Shown here: positions 37,276 to 51,063 of the stretch, piece by piece
Layout of the letters: the number at the start of each line of letters is the position of its first letter
Numbering within the stretch: the stretch's first letter is position 1
NCBI RefSeq assembly: GCF_006345805.1
Contig: NC_042998.1
Span: 156,860,001-156,924,000 of the forward strand
Length of the DNA stretch: 64,000 nucleotides
Source of the DNA: Octopus sinensis
Lineage: Eukaryota
Reading direction: 5' to 3'
Notes under the pieces: generated by a model
The model's input: only the letters and a program-made list of their open reading frames with translations
Told to the model about the DNA's origin: nothing
Databases searched by the model: none
Program-made: the position numbers and the translations under genes

Positions 37276-38569
37276 CCATTATTATTATTATTTGTTTGAC
37301 TTTTGCTTAGTATTTGTACAAGTTGACTCCAAGTCTCACTCAGAGACCTCAAGAGACAACAAGTTGGAAGCTGAAGTTGGTGTTATGCCTAGGGTGTCAT
37401 ATTTGGTTTTGCTCATAGTATTGTTCTTGAGCATTTTATTGGGCCCTCAATTTGCTGTACTCATATGTACAAAGTAAAGTAAATTTTTCAATTATAAAAT
37501 TTATACAATACTCGTATACCTACTTGTGACATAGGTCGGGTTTCCACTACGACTTAAAACGGTCAGACTCGGACAGAAATTCTCCGGTATTTTCCATTTG
37601 AATGGAAATTTTGTTTTCACTATAAAACACATATTGCTAGGTTTGTACCACCCCCTTGAGACCCAACTACACTTTAGCTGAGAAAAGTAAAAATATATTG
37701 CATGTATCGAAATAATTTTTATATGAAACGAAAGCTGAAGGGTTGTAGAAGATACAGTGTAAAAATTCCCCAAGTATTTAAATTGTCCTCCCAATTTCAT
37801 TCTTCACATTTTTACGAAAAAAATCTCCAAAATCGATACTCACCCTCTTTCTGTTTGTAGTGGGTCTTGCATGCATGAAGTGGATTCGATCCACCATAGC
37901 CAAAATTAAATTAACACTGCAACAGAACTTTTCCCACGGTGGAACAATGGTTTTTCTCTAAAAGCAGTTTTACATTTTCCAGATGCCTTTAGTTAAACCG
38001 AAATAATGTCTTCACCACTTTCTAATCTCTTCTACTTCACCAAAAGATAGAATAGCAATAACAAGACCACCAACTAAATCTATTGTTCTCAATATGTCCA
38101 TCCTTCTGGATAGCTATAAAAACAAGAACCCCAAGCAAAAACCAAGTAGTCACTTGGCAACAACTGAGCGAGGTAGCTCGTGACGACTCAATTAGTTAGG
38201 GAACGGACTGCTAGAATCATGATCACAAGGAATGATTCTACTAAAGATAATGGTCAGCGAGAGAATTGAAAATTACTGACAGCAACTGTGAGACAACGTC
38301 CCACTAGCTTTAATTCTGTTCTCTTACAACATCATTCTATCTCTATCTGTAACCATTACTAAACAATGAAGAGGACGCAAATACAAACTTTACTTCGCAT
38401 GCTTTTGGATTTATCATAACCTGCCCGTCGAGGCAAGGTATAGCAATGTAACGGTTTAGCATTTTTAGTAGATATAACTAGGCATTTAAATAATTTGAAC
38501 TTGAAACTACAAGGCTCCAATGAGCTAATAACCTTCCTCATATGAAAAGCTTTGAATCGATGCTTCATT

Positions 38570-39483
38570 TATTTGTCATACAACTGAAAAGAAAGTGTTT
38601 CAGACATTTTTCGAAATTGAGTGAATAAAATCCCAAATCAACAAATGAATATTTTGGCGAGTATGAAAGTCTTTTGAAGAAATTTGAAAGTAGATTTGAA
38701 AAAATCCAAGATAAAATCGAACTACATGCTTTTGAAACACCTTTTGATATGTGTCCTGAGGAGGCTCCGGATTCCTTACAATTAGAATTAATTGATTTGC
38801 AGTCAGATAACTTAATAAAATCAAAATATAGTAATCTAACTTTATTGGACTTCTACAAAGCCATCAATCCTGAGAAATTCCATGCTTTACATAAAAATGC
38901 CTTGAAATCTATCTCAATTTTCGACAACTTATCAATGTGAGCAGTTTTTTTTCAAATTGAATTATGCAAAAAATCGTCTTCGTACCAGACTTACTAGCAA
39001 AAACATGAGCAATGAACTAAGAATAGCAGTTTTTTCAAAGTTGTGATATTCCTAAACTTTCATAAAAAAGTAGTTTGATCCTTCTCACTAAACAAAGCCA
39101 AATTTTAAAGTTAAGGTTAATTAGCTTTGATAAAATTATCACTAGGATAAAATTGTTTAAATATGTCATTTACATGTAATACTATTTAGGTATTAATGTA
39201 ATTTTTCAAAATTAAATTCAGTTCGTTTTGATTGTTATGATTTCTTCAACATTAGGATAGGTACATTTTGAAAAATATAGAATACCTCATAAGTAATATA
39301 AACATCTTAAATACAGTGGCAGCGTTAATGAAGATGTTATGCGTTAATTTAATGTGTTAAACTTGTCATTATTAATGTATATCAAATTATACATAGATAC
39401 AAGAGTTAGAATTTGTGATCCGCTCGTGGACCTTTTTCTTTGAAAATGTTTGCCTGCCGCACTAAAAAGTTTCCCCACCCCTG
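38570..39483 (+). mobile_element. hAT (Charlie/SPIN-like) transposase 3' remnant
   Basis: FESRF...PFD...LQLELIDLQSD..IKSKY, then decayed CEQ.F; ends aaaagtttccccacccCTG. Confidence 0.7.
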
Positions 39484-39484
39484 T

Positions 39485-40285
39485 ACTAGAGAATGTTTAA
39501 GAAGACAAGAAAATTATGAGTTTGTTTTAAAATTTGAGATTACATAGACAGTATTTTACATAGGATATGGGCAGTTCCCATAAGCACTATCTTTTGAATT
39601 TCTGCCATTTTGGGGTTTCCTGATATCTGAGCTAGGTAGGAATCAACTCCTTTTACTATCATTCCTAAGGCATCTAAAACAATAGGTATTGTTTTAGTCT
39701 TGAGGTTCCACATTTTACCAAATTCTATTTCAAGATCTTTATACTTGCTCAGTTTTTGGTAGGTCTTGACAAATACATTTATGTCGATTGGGACAGTCAT
39801 ATCAATGAGGAGGCATAACTTTTGCCTGAAATCCTTCAATATAATGTCTGGCCAATTCGCATCTATCTTTATGTCAGTTTGAACGGTGAAGTTCCAGAGG
39901 AGTGAGATGTGATCATTTTCAAGCACTGGAAGTAGTTTGTGTTTCCACCACTTTTTATCATGGGCAGGTTCAGGTTTTTGCAAATTACCCAGTGAATATA
40001 CTGTGCTGCTCTATCATGCCTGTTGAGATACTCTGTAAGCGAAAGAAGACTGCACATGGAGACATGATCGATAATTTCATTTTGTTATTTTTATACACTA
40101 CATGTTGGGCTACTGCCATTCATTAATGTTGGCCTGGTAGTTCCTTGTAGGTAGGCATTGATCTTAGGCTGCTATGAGAAACCCTTCTGTTTCTGATTTT
40201 AAGCCAGAAGACACTAACCATTGATAGACAAGGGCTTTGTCAACATCTGCATTATTGGATCTCTTTGGGTATTTGCCATTGAGAG
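39485..40285 (-). mobile_element. R4/Dong LINE 3' fragment (same family as 32157-33655)
   Basis: ORF 39540..39983 is nearly identical to ORF 32340..32726. Confidence 0.9.
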
Positions 40286-40311
40286 CTTCTTCTCCTTCTC
40301 CTCCTCATTAT

Positions 40312-41750
40312 TTAAGACGCCACACAACATCCAATATCGTGATGCTGTTGATTGAAGATACTGTGTCTACTGGGCTTTGTACTTTAAGCAATATGAGTGC
40401 AGTTCCATGTAAAACCGATTTTTGCAATACACGTATATTGTAGGATATTTCCAAAGTTTCCAGATGGTATTGAACCCAATACTCCGATGACAACAGGGAC
40501 AACCTTTATGTTTGACTCTCGGAGCTGCTATATCTTGCCGATCTCAATTCTCACGTCTCCATATTTATCAATCTCTTTCATGATAATATGTTGATCTTCT
40601 GGCACTGTCAGCTCCCTCCTAAAGGTTACTATATCCGGCCTTCGGTGTTTTAACACCATGTCTGTCTGGTCGTCAATGTCCCTTCCCTTTTGTCCATTAT
40701 CTTTTCTGGTATATGTAGGTATCAAGCACCCGTTACCTCGTATCCATACTTCCGGCATAGTAGCTAATGAAAGTTTTGGGCTACTTTGTCGTGTCTGCAC
40801 TTGTACTCTTTCTGTGCAAGACTTTCACAAGCACTAACAATGTAAATCACGCTTTCGACTCTCTTCCCACACATTCTGCATAGGTTCGTTGCACTTGTGT
40901 AGTATATATCCTTTTACTGAGTTAGCATTCAATGCCTGATACTGGGCAATGATGATTAGGCTTTCATTCTTCTTTTTAAGGGCACCCTTGCTGAGCCACC
41001 TCCTTGATGCTTCCTGGTCTTTTAAGTTGTTAGTTTCACGGTGAAACTCACCATGTAATTCCATGTAGAGTAGAGTTTTTTCTCTCACATTAGTTATTCG
41101 TGATTGGAATTCATTACTACTTTCAAGTCCATTGTTAGTAAATCCTTCTGCATTAGCAGCATACTGTAGCAGGTTTTGTTTGCTATTTACCAAATACTCT
41201 ACCATGCTTTTCTTTCACTGCTGATGCACTCCCGTACACCTACCAGCTCATGTCTACCTTTACACCTCTTCCTGTAGAACCTGTGTACGTTCGCTTTAGG
41301 GTGGAAGGCACCATGCAATGTCATTGTCTTTTAGGCAATGCGATCAAGTTGGTTAATCTCCGCTCGTGTCCATTTCAGAATGGGTGCACTACAGCAACAG
41401 CACATATGTTGATGTCAGCCATGAGGTTCTTTGTGTTGAGTTTTGACTTCTAGAGAAGTTTAAGGCACTTCAAATATGTAGCAGTGACCTTCTCTTTCAT
41501 TTCTCTGTGCAACATATTGTCCAGCTTCAGAATTCGAAGGTACATGTACCCATCATCATCCAGGTCTTCAATTCGCTCTGTTTGGCAATTCTATGCCCCT
41601 ATAATCTACTATTTCCCCCCGTTTCAAAGAGAACCGAATTCCAACCCTATATCTTTGCTACACATCTGCACCGTCTCAATCAGTCTCTCTATTTATTTCA
41701 GGCTCTATTTTTGTGAACAGTTTTAAATCATCCATGAAGAGAAGGTGGCT
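40312..41750 (-). mobile_element. R4/Dong LINE, decayed
   Basis: HLLFMDD at ~41730, AQYQALNAN, HRRPDIV, LQKSVLHGTA. Confidence 0.8.
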
Positions 41751-42574
41751 GACAGTAGGAAGGGTGTTAAACCAAAGAAACTAAGTAAAATCATATGGTG
41801 GAGCTTAACACAGTCCTCCAATTCACTGGATCCTGGTGAATCATCCAAATTATACCCGAATGGATGATGGATATAAAATGATGTTTATGATAATAATGTA
41901 TATACAAGCTTCATTATATTCTTTGTTTCTTGATTATAGTTCCAAGCTGGCATGTGTTGGGCAGGTGTGCAGCACAACGGATTAACACTGTGTTAACCTA
42001 CATTGTCCAAAATACTTGGTTTCACACAAGCGTTCCTCAGTAGCAGAGAAGCAAAGTTAGGAAAATACTTAAATTCCACTGAAGACTGAAAATATCCAGA
42101 GCATGATACTGATATGGATATACCAAAGCCTATACAATTTACCCCAAGCACACAAACTACAACACACACACAAACATAATAGACTCTACCTACAAGCAAA
42201 TAAAATAGGGAGCACTTACATGCACATAAGTCAGTTAAATAGTAAAGTATACAAAAAGAAACTGAATACCTGAAGTTTAAAAATGAATATCTCTTTATTT
42301 ATTTACATATAGTTGTAGGTAAAAAGCATGGAAGGAGGGGGTTAAGCAAGAAGGCAAAACAAAGTTGGCCTCTTGAAGCAGACACTTACCTCCAACCTGA
42401 CTATTAGATACACAACCAACAGTGGATTATTGTGCTAATGATCTTAGGAGCTAAATGACAAATGCTTAAGAGTATTACACATTTTTAAATAGTTGTGTCA
42501 CATCATGCCTGCTCTTTCTTTCTCTTTCTATATACACTGATACACACACACACACACATATATATATGTATATA

Positions 42575-42618
<44 letters not shown>

Positions 42619-42696
42619 TCATGTATATACATACTGATGCACATATATGTTCAGCTAATGAACAGCACCACTGGTCAGTTAGAGAATGGCAACGTT

Positions 42697-42843
42697 TTAC
42701 TGGGGGAACGCTATATGATATACATCTCGGTAGTGATTAACAAAATGCACTTCCAGACCCTCAGTAATAAATGCTGGCAGATCTGAATAATCCTTTCTGT
42801 TTTCGGCAGGTAATACCAGGCAGTCAACTCCAACCCGCTTGGC
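42697..42843 (-). CDS. LONP1: Lon protease homolog, mitochondrial: last coding exon
   Basis: tag|[48 protein letters not shown]; no C-terminal PTS1, so not LONP2. Candidate AATAAA at 42299-42294. Confidence 0.93.
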   Translation of the reverse strand, partial: AKRVGVDCLVLPAENRKDYSDLPAFITEGLEVHFVNHYRDVYHIAFPQ

Positions 42844-43309
42844 CTATAACAGAAATAATAATTAGATTTTATATAAAAGTTTTATAATTTTCTTAAGAAA
42901 AATGCTTATGGATTAATTATGATAAAATATATAATGCAAGGAAAAAAATCCTTATGGTGTGTGAACTTCAGTAACAGAAATATATTTCCTAAACTGAGGG
43001 TTCTTTCAAAACACATCTAAAGAAGCATGTTTATGAGTTAACAATGTTTAAGAATAATACAGACTTTAAATAAAATATACAAGTAAATATATTTCAAACA
43101 CACACACACACATATTGTGTGTATATGCATATGTATGCTTGTGTGTATGTATATACATATATCTTTATTTATATATGTTTCAATGCTGTTGCATTTTTCA
43201 AAGGTCACCTTTTAAAAATATGCAATATCATTGCGACATTAGTACATTGGTTAGACAGTCATATACCTAAACTATGTTTGTTCATTTGGCTCACATGCAT
43301 TTAAAGATG

Positions 43310-45290
43310 CTCAAAGAGAGAGGCTTGGAGATGCCACTATGAAAGATTGCTAAATGAAGAGAATGAATGGGAGAAAGAGAGTCTGTGAAATGTCGACTCA
43401 ACAGAGGGACCAGCTACTCAAATTGACAGTACCTTGGTAGATAAAACAATTAAGTGTATGAAGACAGGGAAAGCCCCTAGCCCATCAGGAATCAGTACTG
43501 AGATGCTTAAAATATCTGGTGGTGTAGGCTGTAGTCTAGTCACCTGTATAGTCAACCAGGTGCTACAAGAAGGAGTCATACCCAATGACTGGTGTAGTAG
43601 CACCATAATCAACTGCTATAAAGGTAAAGGTGATGCATTAGATAGGAATAATTACAGAGGTATCATATTGTTGGATCAAGGGATGAAAGTCATGGAGAGG
43701 GTCATAGCCTAACTAATCAGGGAGAGATGCAGCTTGGGTTTGTGCCAGGAAGAAGCACCACTGATGCTATATTTCTGGTAAAACAGCTGCTGTTCAAGCC
43801 ATGTAGAGGGATGCTACTGATAAGGTGAGCGTTGGCAATGAGTGAAGAATTCCAGGTAGAAGTGGGGGGTTCACCAAGGATCAGTCTTCAGTCCACTCTT
43901 ATTCATCACAGTCTTCCAGGCAATAACAGAGGAGTTCAAGACAGGCTTCCCCTGGGAGCTCCTCTATGCTGATGACCTTGCTTTAATAGCTGAGTCTCTA
44001 CTAGAACTACAGAAGAAGTTTCAGGTGTGGAAGCAAGGACTAGAATCAAAGAGCCTTAGGATCAATCTAGCAAAAACCAAAGTCTTAGTAAGTAGGAAGG
44101 AAGACAAATCAAAAACTCCTTCAGATAAGTGGCCCTGCTCAATCTATAGAAAAGGTAGAAACTCCATAAGATGTACATGGTATAAGTTATAGACACATAA
44201 GAGGTGCAGCAATATCAAATGAAGGTTAACTGGGAAAATAGTTTTTGTGTGTGGCAGATACACAGGGGCAATAAACGTTGAAGATGTACAGAAAACAGAT
44301 TCCATCACATGCCTGGAGAAAAAAAAATAGAAGTTGATAGCTTCTGTTATCTAGGTGACTGAGTCAGTAGTGAGGGAGGATGCTCTGAGAGTGTAGCTGC
44401 TAGAATAAGAATAGCTTGGGCAAAGTTCAGGGAGCTCCTACCTCTGCTGGTAACAAAGGGCCTCTTGCTCAGAGTGAAAAGGTAGACTGTATGATGCATG
44501 TATGCAAACAGCCATGCTACACAGCAGTGAAACATGGGCTGTGACTGCTGAGGATATGTGTAGGCTTGTAAGAAATTAAGCTAGTATGCTCCACTGGATG
44601 TATAATGTCAGTGTGCATATATGACAGTGTAAACGCTCCGAGAAAAGTTGAACATACAAAGCAACAGATGTGGTGTGCATGAGATGACTGCTGTATAGTT
44701 ATGTGTTGTGTATGGATGAGGACAGCTGTGTGAAGAGGTGTTACACTCTAACAGTGGAAGGAACCTGTGGAAGAGGTGGACTCAGGAAGACATGGGATGA
44801 GGTGGTGAATCACAACCTTCGAATGTTGGGCCTCACAGAGGCAATGACAAGTGACCGAGATCTTTGGAGATATGTTGTGTTTGAGAAGACCTGGCAAGTT
44901 AAGTGAGATCATAGCTCTGGTTGATGCCAGTGTTGCATAACTGGCCCATTTAAAAGTACTCTTCAATCGTCAGGCAATATGCTGTGCTTGAGAAGGCCTG
45001 TTGAGTCAAGCAAAATTGAAGTTATGGCTAATGCCAGTGCCATCTGACTGACACATAAAAAGCGTCATTTGAGCATGGTTGATGCCAGTGCCAGTTGACT
45101 GGCTCCCGTACCAGTGGTACACTAAAAAACATCCACTACACTCTCAGAGCAGTTGACGTTAGGAAGGGCATCCAGCTGTAGAAACCTTGTCATTCAGATT
45201 GGAGCTTGGTGCAGCCGACTGGCTTGCCAGTCCTCAGTCAAACCATCCACCCCATGCCAGCATGGAAAGTGGACATTAAACAATGATGAT
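43310..45290 (+). mobile_element. RTE-clade LINE, decayed, with (GAT)n tail
   Basis: KTGKAPSPSG, KGKGDALDRNNYRGI, HQGSVFSPLLF, LLYADD, GRGGLRKTW; many stops. Confidence 0.85.
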
Positions 45291-46137
45291 GATCTCTTTT
45301 ACCAAACATTACTTGCTTTACCAGTAAGGCATTTTTTTTTGTTTCAGAGTAATTCAAAATTGCAGAGCTAACAGACAATTTAGCTGATAGAAAATATCAA
45401 CAAACATTGCCAGTTTATCAGTCTCTTTTGTCAACCTAGCTCTTCAGCAAATAAGACCAACCAGACTTAAAAACAGTACTGGGGGTAGAGGGATGATTTG
45501 TTTGAGTATAACCTTAAGGCAGTGCCTCATCATGGTTGCAGTCCAATGACTAAAAGAAGTAAAAGATAAAAGACATGATGAGCTTCTTTTAGTTTCTATC
45601 AATCAGATTATCTCACAAGGCATTAGCTGGCTCAGGGTGCCATGTAGTGGGGTTCAATCTTAGTGCAATACATTGGGTGGTACAGTGGTCATTAGTTACA
45701 TGCATCAATGTATGAAGTTACTCACCAATTGTTTCAGCAGAAATGATACTCAGCTTCTGAACATGCAATGTATAAAACATAAGACATGAGGGTTTGCTCT
45801 ATATCTGTTTTACCATGCTAGCATGGGTTAGCTGAATACATATTACTGAAGAATTAATTTAAAGTCAGATGTTCTTCCTGTCACTAAGCCATACCTGTTT
45901 TTCAAAGAAGGGATTTTCCAGTGCACTCATCTTCAGGAATGCAGAGAAAGTGGTTGATTTCTTGACCGGATATATCAACGCTCATTTCTTTTTCATATAA
46001 AGCACAGGAAATAAACATTCACAAATAGACGTTTTCGTATCTAACTTAAGCATTGTGATACTAATAATCTGGTGTAGAACTCAATATATAAATGTCTCTG
46101 AATGAAGTGTTAGTCAAGAGATGAGAAAGGAGTAATC

Positions 46138-46404
46138 GATTTTCTTATGAACTTCATTAACTTATAGCTGTTTCCATTATAAGATGTAGTGAACTCAGTT
46201 GAACACCAGTGAGAAAGCATATATGCTGTCTCATTGGTAATACTTTCTTGTATATATACTTAAAGATATTCGTTTTCCTAAATAAATTGCACTCCATATT
46301 TGAAGCTCTGATGAAACTGTAAGGTGTCACTCAGGCACTCAACAATGAGTTCACCTCATCTTACAGTGGAACAGCTGTAAGTTAATGAAGATCGTAAGAA
46401 AATC
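46138..46404. repeat. ~75-bp inverted repeat containing a type I hammerhead-ribozyme-like motif (Penelope pLTR-like)
   Basis: Arms 46138-46213 and 46326-46404; + strand 46304-46383 reads agct-CTGATGA-a-actgtaag..cttacagt-g-GAAC-agct-GTA-agtt. Confidence 0.6.
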
Positions 46405-47278
46405 ATTTTTCCTTTATCATTTCTTTTCTCATATATATATGTGAATGTGTGTGTGTGGGAGCAGGTATAGCTGTGTAGTTAAAAAGTTTACTTCCTAAAC
46501 ACACTGTTTATGGGGACATTAAAAATTGCCCCATATAGTGCAGAAATCTGTCCTGATCAAGAGGCCTGTCTATCAGGGAGGACATAGAATTAAAAAATTG
46601 AAATAAAGGCGTTCTATTGTGAAAATTGCCTGGCACACAGCAAGTATATAATCCCTACACATTTTTTTCATTCTCTCCCCCTTTTTTACCTCTTAATCCT
46701 TTCTGATGAAGAGCGTTTCTAGCCTATGCTCTTTAACAGAAAGGAACACAAGGAAATAAACAGAGAGAATAAAAAATTTGTGGATTTAGCGATTAATCAT
46801 GGTGACTATATAGTTCAAATTTACAGAAAACAAAAGACGAAGACATGTATAGGAATAACAAGCAGGTGTATTAGTTTAATACTTAGGATGAATGGAAAAG
46901 TCATTGTAATTTTCTTTTCTGCATAATTTATATGACAGTTTATCAACCACACGCTGTATATATTATATATGTATGCATGTTTGTATATCTGTGTGTTAGT
47001 CAACATTTGTACTTCTTCAAAAATTGTAAGCTACAAGCAATGATGATGTTAATTCTCCTGCCAACAAATTGTCAGCTGGATGTACCTTAAAGATGTGCAA
47101 AACAAGACATCCTTTACTTAAACAACATTTAAGGTTTTGTGATAGGAAGTGGCCCTGACTGTGAAAATACAATGCCTCAGTAATACATTTGTCTACAAGG
47201 TGCTAGCATAAAAAAAAAATGGACAGGCAAAATAAACAAAGGAATATACGTATGTTGATATATAAAATTAAGACTTAC

Positions 47279-47443
47279 TGCTATAGTTTTCTCTTTGATT
47301 CCCCCTACAGGTAAAACATTGCCCATCAGAGATATTTCACCAGTCATAGCAACATTTTGACGTACAGGACGGTTGAGGGCAAGTGATATCAAGGCAGTTA
47401 CAATGGTACATCCTGCACTTGGTCCATCTTTAGGTGTGGCTCC
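47279..47443 (-). CDS. LONP1: LONP1 exon with the catalytic Ser-Lys dyad
   Basis: cag|[11 protein letters not shown]...AMTGEISL...[10 protein letters not shown]|gtaagt; 165 nt. Confidence 0.97.
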
Positions 47444-48134
47444 CTGATAAAGACAAAGAAAACCAAATTTAAACAAAGATAAAAACAATCATAATTGTTA
47501 TAATCAACTATCAACTGCAAATTTTATAAATCTCTGAGATTTAAAGGCCAAGTCAATTCAAATAAGATTTAAATGAAGAACAAAGGTGAAAACACATTTT
47601 TGCAATTCTATAGTAAAAACTTTCAATTTATGAAAGAAAAGCTTGTTAATTTCATGCAAGAGAAATAGAACACAATGTTAATGATTATAGGCAAACTATA
47701 ATTATTTATATAGAAATAAAATGATCATTGGAATAAATAGTGGATTATCAGTTCAAAGACATAGCAGGTATTTCATTAAGAATTTGTTCAAGTAACTAAT
47801 TCTACGTTGTGATCATCAATAAACTGAAACAGGATGGGTTTTTTCTGGCCCTTGCCAATTGTGATAAAACTGTTTTAATAAGGGAAAGATTTACTTTTCG
47901 TCTCCTTCACATTACAAGCCATAGCTAAAGACCAACACTTAAAACTACCTCAGACAAATTTAATTTTTGTCCACCCAGGAAAGTTAAATTTTATAGGTGC
48001 AGGCATGACTGTGGTTAAAATACTCACTTTATAACCATATGGTTTCAGGCTCTACTGTGGCCATAAGCCAACCAATGTCTTGTGAACGAATGTGGTAGGT
48101 GGAAACTGCATGAAAGCCCATCATATATTTTTAG

Positions 48135-49070
48135 GTGCAGGCATGGCTGTGTAGTAAGAAGCTTGCTTCTCAACCACATTTTTCTGGGTTTGGTCTCACT
48201 GCATGTCACCTTGGGCAAGTGCCTTCTACTATAGCCTTGGGCCAACCAAAGCCTTGTTAGTAGAGTCGGTAAAAAGAAACTGATAGAAGCCTGTCATATA
48301 TGTGTGTGTGTTTGTGTGTGTATATATATATATACACAAGGACTGATCAATAAATATCTGGACTGGTGCCATAAAAACAAAACTACAATGTATACTAATT
48401 TGGCATTTAATCTCCTTCAACGTAGTCCCCTTTGGAAGCTACACACTTAATCCAGCACTGTTTCCATTGATGGAAGCATTAATAGAACTCGTTTTGGGAG
48501 ATAACCAGCAGCTGCCTTGTCACATTCATTCACTTTGATTTCCTTGACGTCCTGAAATCTTCTTCATTTAAAGCAAGATTTGATTTTTGGAAAATCAAAT
48601 TGGAAGAGGAAAAAGCTGCAAGGGGTGAGATTGAAGGAATACAGTGGCTGTTGGACATGGTCAATGTGACAATTACATGCTACATACATTCCTTCCAAGC
48701 ACTGCTGTAAACAGCACAAGCGAACTAGAATGTTAAAATCTAGTGCGCATGTACAACAGAGATCAAGGTCAATCTGTGCCAAGTGGCTTCACTCTGTGTG
48801 CTTTAGCTTTGTTATTATGGCAGTAGTCCGGATACTTATTGATCAGACTACGTATGAATGTAACTATGCATATGTGCCTTTGTGGCCCCCACCACTGCTT
48901 GGCAACTGGTGTTGGAGTGTTTATGTCCCTGAAACTTAGCGGTTTGGCAAAAGAGACCAACAGAATAAGTACTAAGCTTAAAAAACGAAGTCCTGAGGTT
49001 GATTTGTTTGACTAAAACTTTCCAAGGTGGTGCTCCAGCATGGCTAAATCCAAAGACTGAAACAAATAAA
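48135..49070 (+). mobile_element. OR2-like SINE interrupted by a mariner-derived element
   Basis: SINE head ggtgcaggcatggctgtgtagtaag; tail resumes at ~48855. Confidence 0.7.
48337..48852. mobile_element. Tc1/mariner-derived non-autonomous element
   Basis: TIRs ctgatcaataaatatctggact / agtccggatacttattgatcag, inserted in a TA/TG run. Confidence 0.75.
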
Positions 49071-49089
49071 TGAATGTATATATATATGA

Positions 49090-50660
49090 TGGGGTACAAA
49101 AACGTAATTGGAAACATTCTGTGGGACAAGCCCCTTGCAGTTCAGGCTTCTGCCACTAGAAGCCACATGATGCGACCCTCAGGCATCAGTCTGGCAACTT
49201 TCATATAGCATGCTTCCTTGAAATTCTGTCTTTTGCAGGGAAAAATGGCGACTGAAACAGTTGTCATGCTTTAAACAGCTTACAAGGCAGCTGCCATGAG
49301 CAAAACACAAGGTTATGAGTGGTTTTCATGTTCTAGGAATGGTCCCTTGCTGCTTGAAGACCAACCTCATTTAGGGCGATTGTCAACCTTCTGAATGAAT
49401 GAAAACATGAAAATTCATAAACTGATCTTGGAGGGCTGTCACCAAACAATTGATAAACTTGTTGATATGACTGGTGTGTCCTGGAGTTCCTGCCAATGAA
49501 TTTTGAGTGAGGAATTGTGAATAAAAGAAGTTGCAGCAAAATTTGTGTCTTGCTTGCTCATGGAAGATCAAAGGCAGTCATGACTGAATGCATGTCGTAA
49601 ACTGAAAGAACAGTTGGAAGTTGATCCGGACCTTTTCTTGAAGGTCATCACTGGTGACAGAAGCTGCTGCTGTGGCTAGGACCCACAAACAAAGTAGCAA
49701 TCAAATCAGTGGAAGCATTCAATGTTACCTTGTCTCCACAAAATTGATCAATATCAATGGAAATCGCAGCTGTGATACCAGTGTCGGTGGCACATAAGAG
49801 AACCATCTGAACGTGGCCTTTGCCAGCGCCGCCCCGAATGGCCTCCGTGCCAGTGGCACGTAAAAAGCACCATCCAATTGTGGCCATTGCCAGTGACACA
49901 TAAAAAGCACCGTCCGATTGTGGCCGTTGCCAGCCTCGCCTGGCCTCCATGCCGTAAAAAGCACCATCCGATCGTGGCCGTTTGCCAGCCTTGTCTGGCA
50001 CCTGTGCCGGTGGCACGTAAAAAGCACCCACTACACTCATGGAGTGGTTGGCGTTATGAAGGGCATCAAGCCGTAGAAACATTGCCAGATCAGACTGGGC
50101 CTGGTGCAGCCTTCTGGCTTCCCAGACCCCAGTTGAACCGTCCAACCCATGCCAGCATGGAAAGCGGATGCTAAATGATGATGATGATGATGCTGATTTG
50201 TTTCATCGATGCGAAAGGAATTGTTCACACAGAATTTGTTCCTCCTGGTCAGACCTGTGGCAAAGTGGAGAGTGGCGGTTTCATCACGACAATGCACCCG
50301 TACACACCATCTTGAGCAAGAGACAGTTTTTGACCAAAAATGGCACGATCCTGCTCACTCACCATCCATATTTACCTGATCTAGCTCCCCAAAACTTTTT
50401 TTTGTTCCCTTGAATGAAAAAAGTCCTTAAAAGACATTTTTTGCAGATGTGGAAGAGGAGAAGAAAAAATTATGGAGGCACTAAAAGGCATCGCTTTGCA
50501 AGAGTTTCAGCGCTGCTTCAAACAGTGGAAATCTGTGTGGACTGATGCATTGCTTCAAATGGAGAATACTATGAAGGCAATAAAAGTGAAACCACGTAAA
50601 AGTGTAAAGCTTAGAAAATAGAATAATATTGGAAAATCTGTTTTTTGGGGTACCCACCTC
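49090..50660 (+). mobile_element. mariner remnant interrupted by an RTE-tailed SINE (~49760-50190)
   Basis: VITGD, MLICFIDAKGIVHTEFVPPGQT, FHHDNAP, HHPYLPDLAP; the insert has four ggcac.taaaaagcacc repeats and a (GAT)n tail. Confidence 0.75.
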
Positions 50661-50669
50661 ATATACATA

Positions 50670-51063
50670 CTCTTTTACTTGTTTCAGTCATTTGACTGTG
50701 GCCATACTGGAGCACTGCCTTTAGTCGAGCAAATCGACCCCAGGACTTATTCTTTGTAGGCCTAGTACTTATTCTATCGGTCTCTTTTGCCGGACCGCTA
50801 AGTTACGGGTATGTAAACACACCAGCATCAGTTGTCAAGCGATGTTGCGGGGACAAACACAGACACACATGCACATACACATATATATATACATACATAT
50901 GATGGGCTTCTTTCAGTTTCCGTCTACCAAATCCACTCACAAGGCTTTGGTCGGCCTGCGGCTATAGTAGAAGACACTTGCCCAAGGTGCCACACAGTGG
51001 GACTGAATCCAGAACTATGTGGTTGGTAAGCAAGCTAATTACCACACAGCCACTCCTGCGCCT
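50670..51063 (-). mobile_element. Full-length OR2-like tRNA SINE
   Basis: ggcgcaggagtggctgtgtggtaa head; gactgaaacaagtaaaagag tail. Confidence 0.8.

Noticed and set aside
43310-44906. Potentially active RTE LINE
   Set aside because: 5'-truncated with multiple stops and frameshifts.
49830-50035. Regularly spaced ~40-60-bp repeats resembling a CRISPR array
   Set aside because: Eukaryotic context, spacers are related to each other, no cas genes; internal tandem repeats of an RTE-tailed SINE.
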